Shown: positions 1-10,303, counted from the first letter of the stretch. The stretch is 64,000 nt of DNA from Blastocladiella emersonii ATCC 22665 (GCA_025594325.1 JANHCV010000009.1:682001-746000), one strand, 5' to 3'. The notes: generated by a model from the letters alone, not told the origin. Made by a program: numbers and translations.

Positions 1-274
1 CAAGCGGGTTGCGGTACAGCTCCTTGCTGAGGTTCTGCAACGAAGTGGAGGTCGCGTACAGACGGCCGAACTTCTTCTCGACTGTCTTTGAAGCTGACTT
101 GAACGTGTACACCGTTTCCTTGCCCTCGCCATAGACCGAGTTGAAGAGCGTCAGGTACTTCTTAAGCATCTTCTTGTCCTCGGCTGGAACGCCAGAGTAC
201 CGCCTGCAAAAGCTTTTGAGCACGTCGATATTGACGAACTCGCGCAGAACGACCTGGCGCGTGTCGTCAAACAT
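1..274 (-). CDS. Partial ORF running off the left edge; candidate TVpol / family-A-polymerase-like (primase-polymerase) protein of a virus- or transposon-like element
   Basis: Manual translation from ATG at 274: MFDDTRQVVLREFVNIDVLKSFCRRYSGVPAEDKKMLKKYLTLFNSVYGEGKETVYTFKSASKTVEKKFGRLYATSTSLQNLSKELYRNPL, no stop before base 1. GRLYA...SLQNL..E.R resembles the PolA GRLSS..PNLQNIP motif. The frame is also open upstream to about 436, so the true start is uncertain. Confidence 0.5.
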   Translation of the reverse strand, partial: MFDDTRQVVLREFVNIDVLKSFCRRYSGVPAEDKKMLKKYLTLFNSVYGEGKETVYTFKSASKTVEKKFGRLYATSTSLQNLSKELYRNPL

Positions 275-3200
275 TGCGTTGATGCTCTTGAGGGTTGAGG
301 CGCATCGCAAATCGCGGATCACAAATTGTGCGGCCAGCTGCAAATTTGCACTCAATTCTTGGGCCGGGTCGGGTGAGGGTCGAAATCGCAAATAAAGATT
401 TCCGGTCAATGCGATACATGAGCGTGATGGGTGAGGTCAGGGGGATTTTTTGCTGGTGGTCGTGGTGGTTGTAGTCGCCCTTGAAGTAAGTTGGACTTTT
501 CACCACAACGGCTCAGTCGATTGCACTGTTCTCGACGGTGATGAACTGATCGTGGTGAGAGCTACAAAAGAGCTAATTAAGCGTTGGGGTGGTTGGAAGC
601 CGGGTGTCAAGAAAAAAATGGCAATCGGATTCTCAACGCTAACACACCGCCGGGGTTGATTCGAGAAGCTAACCTCGAAAGTCGTTCCTGCGCAACGGAG
701 TGAAGGATTTGACTCGCGGAAATATTTTTAGCGCTCAGAGGAGCATGGAAACGATAGACACTGTTTGAATTCATGGGGTCGCAAATCGAGTACATCATCC
801 AATCCAGAGGGTAAACAGGCTTTCTCCTGGCGGCAAACTGGTCAACTACCTTACCTCTACCTCGGTAGATAAACTTGTTTTCCTGGCCGGGATTGCAGTT
901 TACAGAGGGCGAAATCTGCGTTCGCCTGAAGGGGTTTGCGGCGCGCATGCTGTTGCGGATTGCGCTCGCGGATCGAGCTTATTAGGTGGACGCCTACCGG
1001 CGTGGCAAGCCAAGCGGCTAAGAAGAGTTCGGAGTTCTCCAACAACTGTCTGAGCGTGATCGCATGCTGGTTTAACTCGTACAAGTTGACGAGAGCGAGC
1101 GAGTGAAGGACCGCTTCCGCTAGCACGAATGGACAACAATTGCCAGCCTCGAGTAAAGCTGGTGAGCCCTGGTACTTGGCTTGCTCACAAGTCAGCGCTT
1201 CTGCAATAGCGCGCGGGACGGTCGCTCAACCAGTGAAGCGCGTCCACGGCGCTGAACCGGCACGTTGCAAATCTTTCCAGACTTGAATGAGGTGCATGCG
1301 ATCCAGTCGGTGCGATTGAGCGCCTGGAACGCATCAAAGGCCACTTCAGAGAGTTGCGAATGGTGCTATTCCTTTGCTTGAACACAGGGTCGCGGAACGG
1401 CCATGCTCGAGCTGCCTCTGACGCTGGTGGAACATGTAACACCGCGTGATCGAGCTTCACTATCTGCCACGCGACACTTTTAGAGTTGAAACGCGACGTG
1501 AACGTTTCCAGCTTCATGGTAGAGTCATGGATCAGTAGGCGACATTCCGTTCGTCACTCAAGGGCGGGTCTCCGACTTTGCGAGCGGCCCTATCAACTAG
1601 CTGAAGCTGCCGGCGGTCAAATCAAAAGCGGACATGACTTCTTCTGATGCGCTGGGAGCGACAGGCGCGGCTCGTCAGCGGCTGGCGGTGCCTGTGTTAC
1701 GGGTTCGGCGCGGCGCTCGAATCGCGCAAGAATACATAAACTAAGCGCAATTTGGAAGAAGTCCATGTGTTTAAGACATTGCATCAAGTGGTATCTGCAG
1801 CATACGTAAACTATGCCCGGAAGGTGGAGGGAGCAACTGAGTGAGCTGTGGCAGGCGTGTGAACTCCATCGTCCGAAGCCACCGCAGGGCCATGTTGGCC
1901 ACGTCCGTTCACGCTTGGCCTGCGAGCTCGTCCAGGCGCAAGATCCCCTCAAAACGCGATGAATGACCTTTGCGGCTCGCTTGAGAACCTCGCGTGAGCT
2001 GCGGTGCGATCCGGCCGCTGCGATGTGCTTGGTACTCGCTCTCGTGCGGCTGAGTTCAGCCACATCAGCAATATTCGCCTGTCGTCGCGCAGGCAAGAGA
2101 GCCGAAGGCATGAGCTCGCTCTTGGTCTGTTCGTGCGACTGTGACACGGTTATCAGACCCGGCTCGCTTCTTGGCCCCTGTTTATGAAGGAAACGGTGGG
2201 CGCTCGCTGTGGACACGAATGCGCGGGATGGAACGGCGAGGTGCGACCCCAGCAACTGTCATGACAAGGGTCTCGTCGCTTCCAAACCCTAACCAACATC
2301 TAAGCTTTGATCGACTCGAGAACAAAGGGAGTAACCGCGCGGCCGCGTCACGACCCGGAACGCGTCGTGCTTGCCCTATTCCTCCCTCCTCCCCTCGCAG
2401 TCCTGCTTTCAAGTGCGGCTTGTCGTGTTTGTCGACCGCGCGTTTCAAGGCTGGCGAAACTGAGCGAGAGTCGTGGCACGGCGGGTTGCGAGACGGGCTG
2501 CGAGACGCGTCGCGAAAACACGTGTGCGGTCACCCGCACGTGACACAGCTTGGCGTGGACTTTGCCCCGAGCGCGAGTCGGGCGAGCGAGTGACTCTCCG
2601 CCGCGCCGCGCGCGGTCCCCGTTCCCTCACTCATCGTCACTCGCTGCAATGTATCACCCGTCCGCCAACGAAGCACCCTACGACCTCGACGCACGGCAAC
2701 CACGCGACCACCGTCAACAGGTACGCGTCGCATCCCGCTGCCGCGCCCCCCGCCTCGCGCTTGGCTCCCATCGCGCCGACCGTCGTGTTGCACTCCCGTG
2801 GCGGTGCGCCCGGCGTGGAGCGCTTCACCCTCTGCTCTGGCCCGCCGTCGACGCACCGCGAGCCCAGCGGCGTCGTCGCTGCCGCGCGTGCGCACCGTCG
2901 TGCGCGGGTTCCGCCGCGCTCGTCCTTCGGGCGCAGCACGGCGCAGCGCAAGGGGACCCCACCGGGCTACCAGCCGCGTGCGCGCTCGTCAAAGGTGCTG
3001 ACACCTGTGCGGTGCCCATGTAGCCGCCGGCGCGCGTCCGCCGCCAGGGACTCGACATTTGCCGACTCATGGACCTGAGACCATCGAGCCAGCCTCGCTC
3101 GCGACGGTACGCCGTCTCCGCCACACCACCTCCGCGTGTCTCATGCACTCACGCTGCACGCTCGCGCCAGTAGCGCCGACAGGCTCGCTCAAGCAGTTCG

Positions 3201-3559
3201 GCCGCGCCCACCACGTGGGCCAAGTCCCAGTCGCAGGTACGCTTGACTCTTCTCGTCGCTACGCAAGAGTTGGCGCGCGACTGACATGCTCGCTCACATT
3301 GCTCCTCGTAGCCCCTCGTGATCCACTGGTCTCTCGCTGCACCATCGAACCGCCTCGTCTCGACGGGTTAACAACTGATGCGCAGCATCCGCAAGCTGTA
3401 GGGTGCCGATTTTCAAGACGCCGCGGTACGCCCTCCTCACCCGCCGCTTGAGGCGCAGCGCGACTCACATGAGCTCTCGGACCTTTGTTGCTTGTAGCAG
3501 CGATCTCTGACCACCATCTCGCCCGGCCGGTTTCTGTACTCGGCGTCGTGCCACGACCT

Positions 3560-3610
3560 GGCCGCGGATCGCATCAAGCGCGGCCGCGGATCGCATCAGG
3601 CGCGGCCGCG
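3560..3610. repeat. 22-bp tandem duplication (ggccgcggatcgcatcaRgcgc x about 2.3)
   Basis: 3560-3581 and 3582-3603 differ at one base; a partial third copy follows. Confidence 0.85.
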
Positions 3611-3810
3611 CGCGCTGTTCGGGCCGGTCACGGGCGGCGGCTCCGAGGGCGGAGACCTGGTGCTGGCGACGGCGTCCGCGGTCCGCTCGGGTACCTGCTT
3701 GTCGTGCATCGTCGTCGCGCATGGGCCGGGATTCCGACTCGCATGCCGCGCGACCCGCGGTGGTGGCGCCCTGACCTGTATCTGAGATCTCCCTTGTACG
3801 CAATACACTC

Positions 3811-3999
3811 GCAAATTTGCACCAAAACGCAGTCCCCATCTTGAGAATATGCCATCAATTCGTGCGCCAACCGGGTTGCTCGCCTCACCAATTGGCCATC
3901 AAATCTGCCATCAAGTCGCAGCAGATTGAACGGCAATTGGTTGCAAATTTGCTGTCCTAGCCGACCCGCGGGCCGCCGCTCAATTTGGTGCAAATTTGC
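3811..3999. repeat. Cluster of GCAAATTTGC palindromes forming a 16-bp perfect inverted repeat
   Basis: GCAAATTTGC at 3811, 3943 and 3990 (also at 340). 3811-3826 gcaaatttgcaccaaa is the exact reverse complement of 3984-3999 tttggtgcaaatttgc. Confidence 0.85.
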
Positions 4000-4168
4000 T
4001 CAGGTTTAAAATTTGCCTCCAAACCGTGTAAATTGGCCGCAAATTCGCAAGGCCCGGATTTCCGATGATTGAATCGGCAGACACCAGTCCGCTTCCATCG
4101 GTCACAGCGGTAGTACCCACAGTTGTGCCTGGAACGTAGCCAAAGATGTTGCGACTGTTCGGGTCCAT
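3980..4168 (-). CDS. Small hypothetical protein (62 aa), divergent from the 4208 ORF
   Basis: ORF track (MDPNSRNIFGYVPGTTVGTTAVTDGSGLVSAD...). ATG start, 39-bp AT-rich spacer to the divergent ORF. No family recognised. Confidence 0.3.
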   Translation of the reverse strand: MDPNSRNIFGYVPGTTVGTTAVTDGSGLVSADSIIGNPGLANLRPIYTVWRQILNLSKFAPN

Positions 4169-4207
4169 TTATGCTAAGGCAAGATTTAATTTGATGCTCC
4201 CATGTAA

Positions 4208-4750
4208 ATGACTTCGACGACAGCAGATTCGAGAATGAGCGTTCGCACACTGTGCGTGCAAAGCCTGGACCAGCGACACCAGGATCTGACGGTCCAGCTT
4301 TCAGCAGGATCACTCCAGCTCGATACGGACTGCGTGATGCGACTCCACTCAAACACAAAAGAGGAGACCCCTGTATTCAGTATCACCGGGCCAGGTGGAA
4401 AAGGGGAGGTCACGCGGTTCGCCATGTCGCCTTGGCGATTCCGACCAGGCGGGCCGCAATTCGCAATGCAGGCTGAAGATGTGGGGAATGGAAGTGTCGA
4501 GGTGCTTCAGTACGTTGCTCCGCCAAACGAGCATGACGAATACCCCGATGCCGTGACGAACCTTTCCTCGACTGGTTTGAGTATCATGCACGACAAACCT
4601 CCGCCCGACAATAACGCGTTCTACGTCAAAGGGAATGTCCGGTTTGATGGGAGCGTGGAAGGCGACTACTTTGGCTCACACACGGTGCCCATCAAGCGAG
4701 TCTTGCTCGACCTAAACATGACGCTTTCCGAAACCCAGCATACGTACTAG
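4208..4750 (+). CDS. Hypothetical beta-rich protein, probably 3'-truncated by a Helitron insertion
   Basis: 180-aa intronless ORF with non-shadow composition; its TAG stop (4748-4750) is part of the Helitron terminal CTAG. Confidence 0.5.
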   Translation: MTSTTADSRMSVRTLCVQSLDQRHQDLTVQLSAGSLQLDTDCVMRLHSNTKEETPVFSITGPGGKGEVTRFAMSPWRFRPGGPQFAMQAEDVGNGSVEVLQYVAPPNEHDEYPDAVTNLSSTGLSIMHDKPPPDNNAFYVKGNVRFDGSVEGDYFGSHTVPIKRVLLDLNMTLSETQHTY

Positions 4751-4769
4751 GGGTGTGTGCTTTGCACAC
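4747..4769 (-). other. Helitron 3' terminus: 6-bp-stem hairpin plus CTAG
   Basis: Plus strand ctag at 4747-4750; gtgtgc-ttt-gcacac at 4755-4769; 4746 is A (T on the element strand), matching the Helitron A|T target rule. Confidence 0.75.
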
Positions 4770-4890
4770 TCTGTCTCAGCAGTAGGCGACTAGGCTGGCT
4801 TGAAAATATGCTGGACGTCAAGTTCCGTCCGCGTTGAAAGGCGAGTAGTGAATGACGTGTCAAAATCGCCATGTATTAATGAGCTAAGGA

Positions 4891-7628
4891 CTAGGTAGTG
4901 GTTGCCTCCGCCAGACTTTGCAGTCGAGCGTACTCAGCAAGTAAATGTTGATCCTGTGTTTGATTCAGGCCTTGGATACCTGGATCACGCAGGATCAGGA
5001 TGTCGTCACCGCGCCGTACACGCGATAGGATCATGTACAGGAAGCGCGACGGTAACGATCCACGCGTCATGTTGGCGAGATCAACGATGACCTTTTCGAG
5101 GGTCATCCCTTGGGCCTTGTGTGCGCCGTCAGCGCGTACGCGAGCTCGAGCGGGAACTGGGCTCGATGGATCGTCTTGGATGTGCCGGCCACCTTGTTCT
5201 TGAGGCGGAACGAGGCGATCTCGCGGCGCAGCGGGAAGCAGCCGTCGGGGATCCCGGGTAGCTTGGGCATGCGACCCAGATCCTTGTTGGGCCGGATGAT
5301 GACTGCATCAATGTCGTTGTTCGCATCGGTGGCAAAGCCTTCAACACGGCCAATGACGCCGTTGACGATGCTGCGACTACACGATGCGAAGCGAGGAAGC
5401 GCTGGTGAGTCCACGCGCCTAATGGCCGGCGAATGTGACGCGGAGACGTACGGCGTGTTGATGTTCCGCGTCACGATGACACGCGCGCCAGCAAACAGCT
5501 TGAGGGTAGACGGGATGTGGTCCGTCTTGCTCGAGGGAAGCAGTTTTGCGAAGTTGAGCATGCGCTGGTCGCTCTCGCTCTGACCGCTGCTCTCAATGAC
5601 GAGCTGCCGCCAAAGGAGTGGTCCGGTTGTGGAGGGCTTGCGGACGAGATCGACGCACTCGAGGTCAAAGATTTCGTCGAGTTGGAGACCGGGGCGACGC
5701 GCGTGTTTCGCGGCGGCCATCAAGTTCCACGCGTCGCGCACCGAGTTCTGCGCCGTGATGAGGACCTGGTCGCTCCAGTCGTCGAGCTGGCCTGGGTGCT
5801 GGCCCAGTACGACGTCTGCTCGCCGCGAGCCGAGGTACTCGATCACGCGCTGCGAGACGATGCAGTTGCGCAGGTCCTGGAGCACGTTGAGGAAGCTCGC
5901 GTCGCCCGACTGCCGCATCTGCTGCACGTGGAAGAAGACCGAGTCAGAGGCGAGCCACTGATCGCGACCAATGTTGGCGTCAGTTCGAGTTCTGCTGACC
6001 GCTGGCCGCTCCTTGCGCTTGAACGCGCGCATCTTCTGCTGCTGCTGCTGAGGCTCGCCGTCGACCTGCATCGAGTCGCCATCATGAGCTGCATCCACCT
6101 CGGGTTCGGGTGCGCGTTCGACCGGCTGCTCAGATGGAACCGTGAGCGAACGGGCCATGACGGGCTCGAACTGGAAAAAGTCGCCAAACGCGAGGACGTG
6201 CAGGCCGCCAAACGGACGATGGTCGCGGCTCGGGTATAGCGCGTCGAAGCGCAAGTGCATTGCGGCGAACAGCTCGGCGCCGACCATGGTGATCTCGTCG
6301 ATAAGGACAAACTTGACGGAGCGGAACGAGCCCTCGAGCTCGGCCTTGGCTTTGTCGCTCATCGGCTTGGTCGCCGAGACGACGGTGCCGATACCGCACA
6401 TGGCGTGGATCGTGGAGCCGCCAATGGGCGCTGCGGCTACGCTGGTAGGCGCGCAGATCTTGAGCCACGAACTGCTGCCCTTGGCGACGAACATGTCGCG
6501 GATCGAGTTAATGACGCGACTCTTGCCCGTGCCCGCCTCGCCATGGACGAGCATAAGGAGCTGCTCGATGTCAGCGTCGCCGCGCTTGATGGCATCGAGC
6601 GTCGACTCGACGTGCTCGACGACGCGGCGCTGCTCGACGTTGAGCCCTTGAAGGTACGGAGCGAGTTGCTCCTGTCGCGCGAGCTGCACCCGGACGGCTG
6701 GCGGTGCGACACCGCCGTCTGCTTGAACGAGTCGAGCGCGAGGTGGCTCCGCCGAGCGTTCTGCAGCAAACCGACGGGCATCCTCGTCGGCCTTCCTGGC
6801 CAGATCGGCGTAGTTGGCGAGTTGCGCGAACCACGCCAGCTCCGAGTCGACCTTGAGCAGCTGCTGGCGAAGCTCGAGTGGCAGAGCAGGCACGGGCGCG
6901 TTCGAGTTTGAGAGCAGTCCGTAGTGTACTGCCGACATGAGGAGCATGGCCGCGTGCTGGTCGTTCTGGGAGATGATCGAGAGAATCTCGTGCAGGAAAG
7001 CGTCGTTGCCGTGAGCTTCTTGCGCGATGCCGACGGGCATGATCTCACCGTCAGCCTCGTCGTCGTTACCCATGCCAGTACCGCCGGCGCGTCGAAGGTC
7101 GACCTGCTCGGGCGTCGCGCTGTTGTCGGCCTCCGAATCGTCGACCAGCTTGCCGGGCGACGTGTTCACGTAGTCGCGGAAGTTGTTGATCCACCGGAGC
7201 CGGTCGCTGCCCTGCTCGAGCGTGCTTTTGAAGAGATCGAGCGTCTGCGACCACGTCTCGCCGCGAGCCGGAGCCACCTCGTTGATGGCGCGGAACGGGT
7301 TGAACAGGATCATGGAGATCATGGCGCGCGACTCGGTGCTGCCGATATCGGACGACTGGCTGTCCTGCTTGTTGAACAGCCGCACAAGAACGACTTTGGT
7401 CGCGCGCATCGCGACGATGAGCTTGCCGACTGTAGAATGCGTGTCGCCCGGCGGCACCTTGGTTATGTAGTAAATGACGTTGGCGGCGTTGCCGGATGTC
7501 ATCACAAGGTTCTTGATCTTCACGTTCAAGCCCAGGAGCGCGATGGTTGTCGGAGTGTACGAGTGAGACACAAGAGACGCGATGTGTCTCGCGCACGCCA
7601 CGAGTGCGAGACAGGAGACGCGAGACAA
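4891..7628 (-). pseudogene. Helitron Pif1-like helicase, frameshifted near the C-terminus, with one intron
   Basis: Walker A GEAGTGKS, Walker B DEITM, GDFFQFEPV, QQMRQSGD. A 2-nt CA duplication at about 5120 turns canonical LTAHKAQGMTLEKVIVDL into LTAHTRPKG*; motif VI YMILSRVR is in 4891-5106. In-frame 75-nt GTACGT..TAG intron at 5377-5451. Confidence 0.85.
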
Positions 7629-8033
7629 AAAACGCGAGACACAATACGCGCAAGCGGTGAATTAAATCAAAGCGTCAGGGAAGCGTGTGGATGTCCACGT
7701 AGGACATGAAGGACGGAAGAAATGTAGAGGATATGCACAGTGGCCGCGGGAGGAGCGGGAAGAGTGAGAGGTCAGGTACACGGAGAGTATTCCGACGTCG
7801 AACTGTGCCCCAGACGATTTTAGTTGAGTTGCATAGAGTTAGAGGGTAGATTTATTAAGAGTATTTGGAGAAAATTGAGGAGAAGATAATTCGAGCTCGA
7901 CCGAGACGCGTCGCGACGCGTGTTGATGGGAGTGGCAGAAAAGTCAGGCGTGCCAAATGGCCCAGCTTGAGCGCGAATTCAGCTCCACAGAAACTCAGCC
8001 TACTGCTGAGAAAAAGACAAAGCGTTGAACGCG

Positions 8034-9761
8034 TTAGAAGAGAATGTCAATCAGAGTCAAGGGCGCTGCCGCGCGGATCACCGCCTGGCTTGCGGCCGTG
8101 ATGCTCGTCCCCTCCAAGTTCAGGATCACGAGGCCCGACGGAAGATTTGCGGCCAGGACCGCAGCACCCACGTCTGTGATGTCGCCGTTGTATGCGAGGA
8201 AGAACTCGGCCAGGGTGGACGGCAGTAGTAGTCGCGGCGCTAGAGTCAGCACGGACTCGTTGTTGAGGAGCTGCTGCTCGAGACGGAGCACCTGCAGCCC
8301 AGGCGGCATGTGGTCTGCCAGCGCCTGCAGGTCCCCGAGAAGCATGGGCGAGGCACCGAGGTGCAGCGTGCGGAGTGACCTCGGAAGCATGCGGATCAGG
8401 TGCTCCAGGCAACCATTCAAGAAGTCGACGCTAAACAGCCCAAGATCCTCGAGGCCATTGATGAAGGCGTTCGAGAGTGCATCAATCGCCGCGGTATCGA
8501 GCTCCAACTGAGCGAGGCGGAGCGTCTTAAGCGTGCGCGGAAGGAGCGGGAAGACGTCGGCGAGGTCAGCCGTCGACATTCCAGGCATGGAGAGCTGCAA
8601 AGTTTCCAGTTGAGACGAAGGAAGGGCCGCTGCGAGGGCGCGTGTACCACTGTTACCCATGTGTACATCTTTGAGAAGCAGCTCGCTGAGCCCCGACGGG
8701 AAGGACCACGACTCCGTTTCTGGGTCGATAGCGCCAAGGTCGTTTTCAAGGATGTACAGCTTCTTAAGCGTGCGCGGGAGGTGCGGGGACATGAGCGCAA
8801 GAACCGAGCCGTTGATCGGGTTGCGCCGGATCAGCAGCATGTCAAGGCCGGCAGGAAGTACGTGGGCAAGATCAATGGCCATGTCGTCGTCGAAAAAGGC
8901 TTCGTTGATCTCCCGTTTGGCGAGATTGGTCGGCAATCCAGAAAAGAGGCACGCCATGATATCCTCCGTCAGCTTGAGCACATCAACAATGAAGCGCTCG
9001 ACGGACGGCGGCCACTGGACAACGCGCTCAATGTTGGCGACCTTGACGTCGCCAAACCACAGGCGATCGATCGAGATGGTCTTGATGGTCGCGGGAAGCT
9101 TGAGCGCATGTAAGCGCGGCAAGTCGAAAGTGCTCTCGCTGATCGTAATCGACGTGAGATCCGCCTCGGGACTCGCCATGGCGGCGTTGAGAGCATCGAC
9201 GCCGTTGACCGATCCGGCGTGGCGGCAAAGTTGGAGCTCGCGGGTGCGGCCGGCGGCAACGTCAGGGCACTCGGCAAGCGTCTTGGCGTCGACCTGCATG
9301 ACGGGCGACGGGTGCTCCTTGGGGAAATGTTGCTTATCGAATGGCGTGCGGAGACCCAGAGCGACATAGAATTCGCTCTCGCCAAGATAGCCCTGGCGGC
9401 GCAGGTCCTCGAGGTAAGTTTGCATGTCGACTACGCCCGAGTCGCGCCACCACTCGAGCGTCGAGAGGAGCCGGTGGTGGTACGCGTCCTCAAGCGCCTG
9501 GAACGAGCAACGGAGCGGCAGACCGAAGGACACCCACTTGTTGAGCAGGAACAGGTCACCGCGCGAGGTCGCGGAGTCAAGCGAGAGCCGAGGGCACCGC
9601 TGCAGGATGGCGCGCTGCACGCCCGGGATCCACGACTGGAACGTGACGCGCGAGTACTCGAGCATGCCCTCCAGGTCCTCCTCATCGTCGTGCAGTTCGA
9701 CAGCGTAGGTCAGGATCGTGTTGTAGATCAGCGGGAGGTTCTGAGTATTGAATGGATCCAT
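8034..9761 (-). CDS. RNI-like leucine-rich-repeat protein with conserved N-terminal helical (F-box/ankyrin-like) region; paralog of 25304-26857
   Basis: Likely start MDPFNTQN at 9761. Repeats LPxTLxxLxLxxN.I.D.GA..LA. Shares IPGVQRAIL.RCPRLSL and LEWWRDSG with the second copy. Intronless. Confidence 0.8.
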   Translation of the reverse strand: MDPFNTQNLPLIYNTILTYAVELHDDEEDLEGMLEYSRVTFQSWIPGVQRAILQRCPRLSLDSATSRGDLFLLNKWVSFGLPLRCSFQALEDAYHHRLLSTLEWWRDSGVVDMQTYLEDLRRQGYLGESEFYVALGLRTPFDKQHFPKEHPSPVMQVDAKTLAECPDVAAGRTRELQLCRHAGSVNGVDALNAAMASPEADLTSITISESTFDLPRLHALKLPATIKTISIDRLWFGDVKVANIERVVQWPPSVERFIVDVLKLTEDIMACLFSGLPTNLAKREINEAFFDDDMAIDLAHVLPAGLDMLLIRRNPINGSVLALMSPHLPRTLKKLYILENDLGAIDPETESWSFPSGLSELLLKDVHMGNSGTRALAAALPSSQLETLQLSMPGMSTADLADVFPLLPRTLKTLRLAQLELDTAAIDALSNAFINGLEDLGLFSVDFLNGCLEHLIRMLPRSLRTLHLGASPMLLGDLQALADHMPPGLQVLRLEQQLLNNESVLTLAPRLLLPSTLAEFFLAYNGDITDVGAAVLAANLPSGLVILNLEGTSITAASQAVIRAAAPLTLIDILF

Positions 9762-10069
9762 GGTGTTACGTTGCAAAGATAGGGCGAAGAGAGAATGAGA
9801 TCGAAGCTGATTATCCAAGAAAAGGTGGGGTGGGGACTCCCAAATGCAGCGAAACGCCATCACGCGATGTATGAAACGCGTCTCCGGGTGCCCCGCGCCC
9901 AGAACCAGGAGGTGCTCTGTGTGCACTCACCCTCGAATCTCCCACTTTGACGACAAGAAAGAACCGCCCAGCGACTTGCCTATGCAGATCACTCAAGGAG
10001 CTTGGTCGGAGTTGGCGGCGCGACCGCGCGGATAGCTACCTCTCCCCCACCAATAGTACTTGCCACGAG

Positions 10070-10303
10070 CCATGGCCATGTCAGCGTCAACACGGCCGAC
10101 AAAGGCCTTGAACCTGGCAAGGTTGATCGGCAGACTAAAGAAGAGGCACGACACAACGTTCTCCGTCAAATCGAACTTGCTGAAGCGGAAGTGCTCGACG
10201 TCCGGCTGCTGTCTAACACCTCCAACGCCGCCTTAGAGCCGGCAAGAGCAGAATCGATCGCGTCGATACTGTTAAACAACACGGCAGCTAAATCTCGCAA
10301 GTA
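10070..10303 (-). pseudogene. Fragment of a third LRR-family paralog
   Basis: Manual translation gives NSIDAIDSALAGSKAALEVLDSS and, in a second frame, PDVEHFRFSKFDLTENVVSCLFFSLPINLA..VDADMAMA. These align with NGVDALNAAMASPEADLTSI and PSVERFIVDVLKLTEDIMACLFSGLPTNLA..FDDDMAI of the 8034 gene. Confidence 0.7.

Larger units (their letters stand above)
4747..7850 (-). mobile_element. Non-autonomous (Rep-deleted) Helitron
   Basis: Pif1-family helicase on the minus strand plus a remnant of the Rep C-terminus (YTPTTIALLGLNVKIK...NVIYYITK). The 3' end has hairpin GTGTGC-AAA-GCACAC, then ACCC-CTAG followed by T. The 5' end is tentative: A|TCTACCC at 7850, alternative at 7886. Confidence 0.8.

Noticed and set aside
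607-2255. Short minus-strand ORFs (607-948, 857-1126, 1185-1517, 1617-2255) as further viral genes
   Set aside because: No recognisable motif in any frame, with stops and frame switches; may be decayed coding DNA but cannot be supported.
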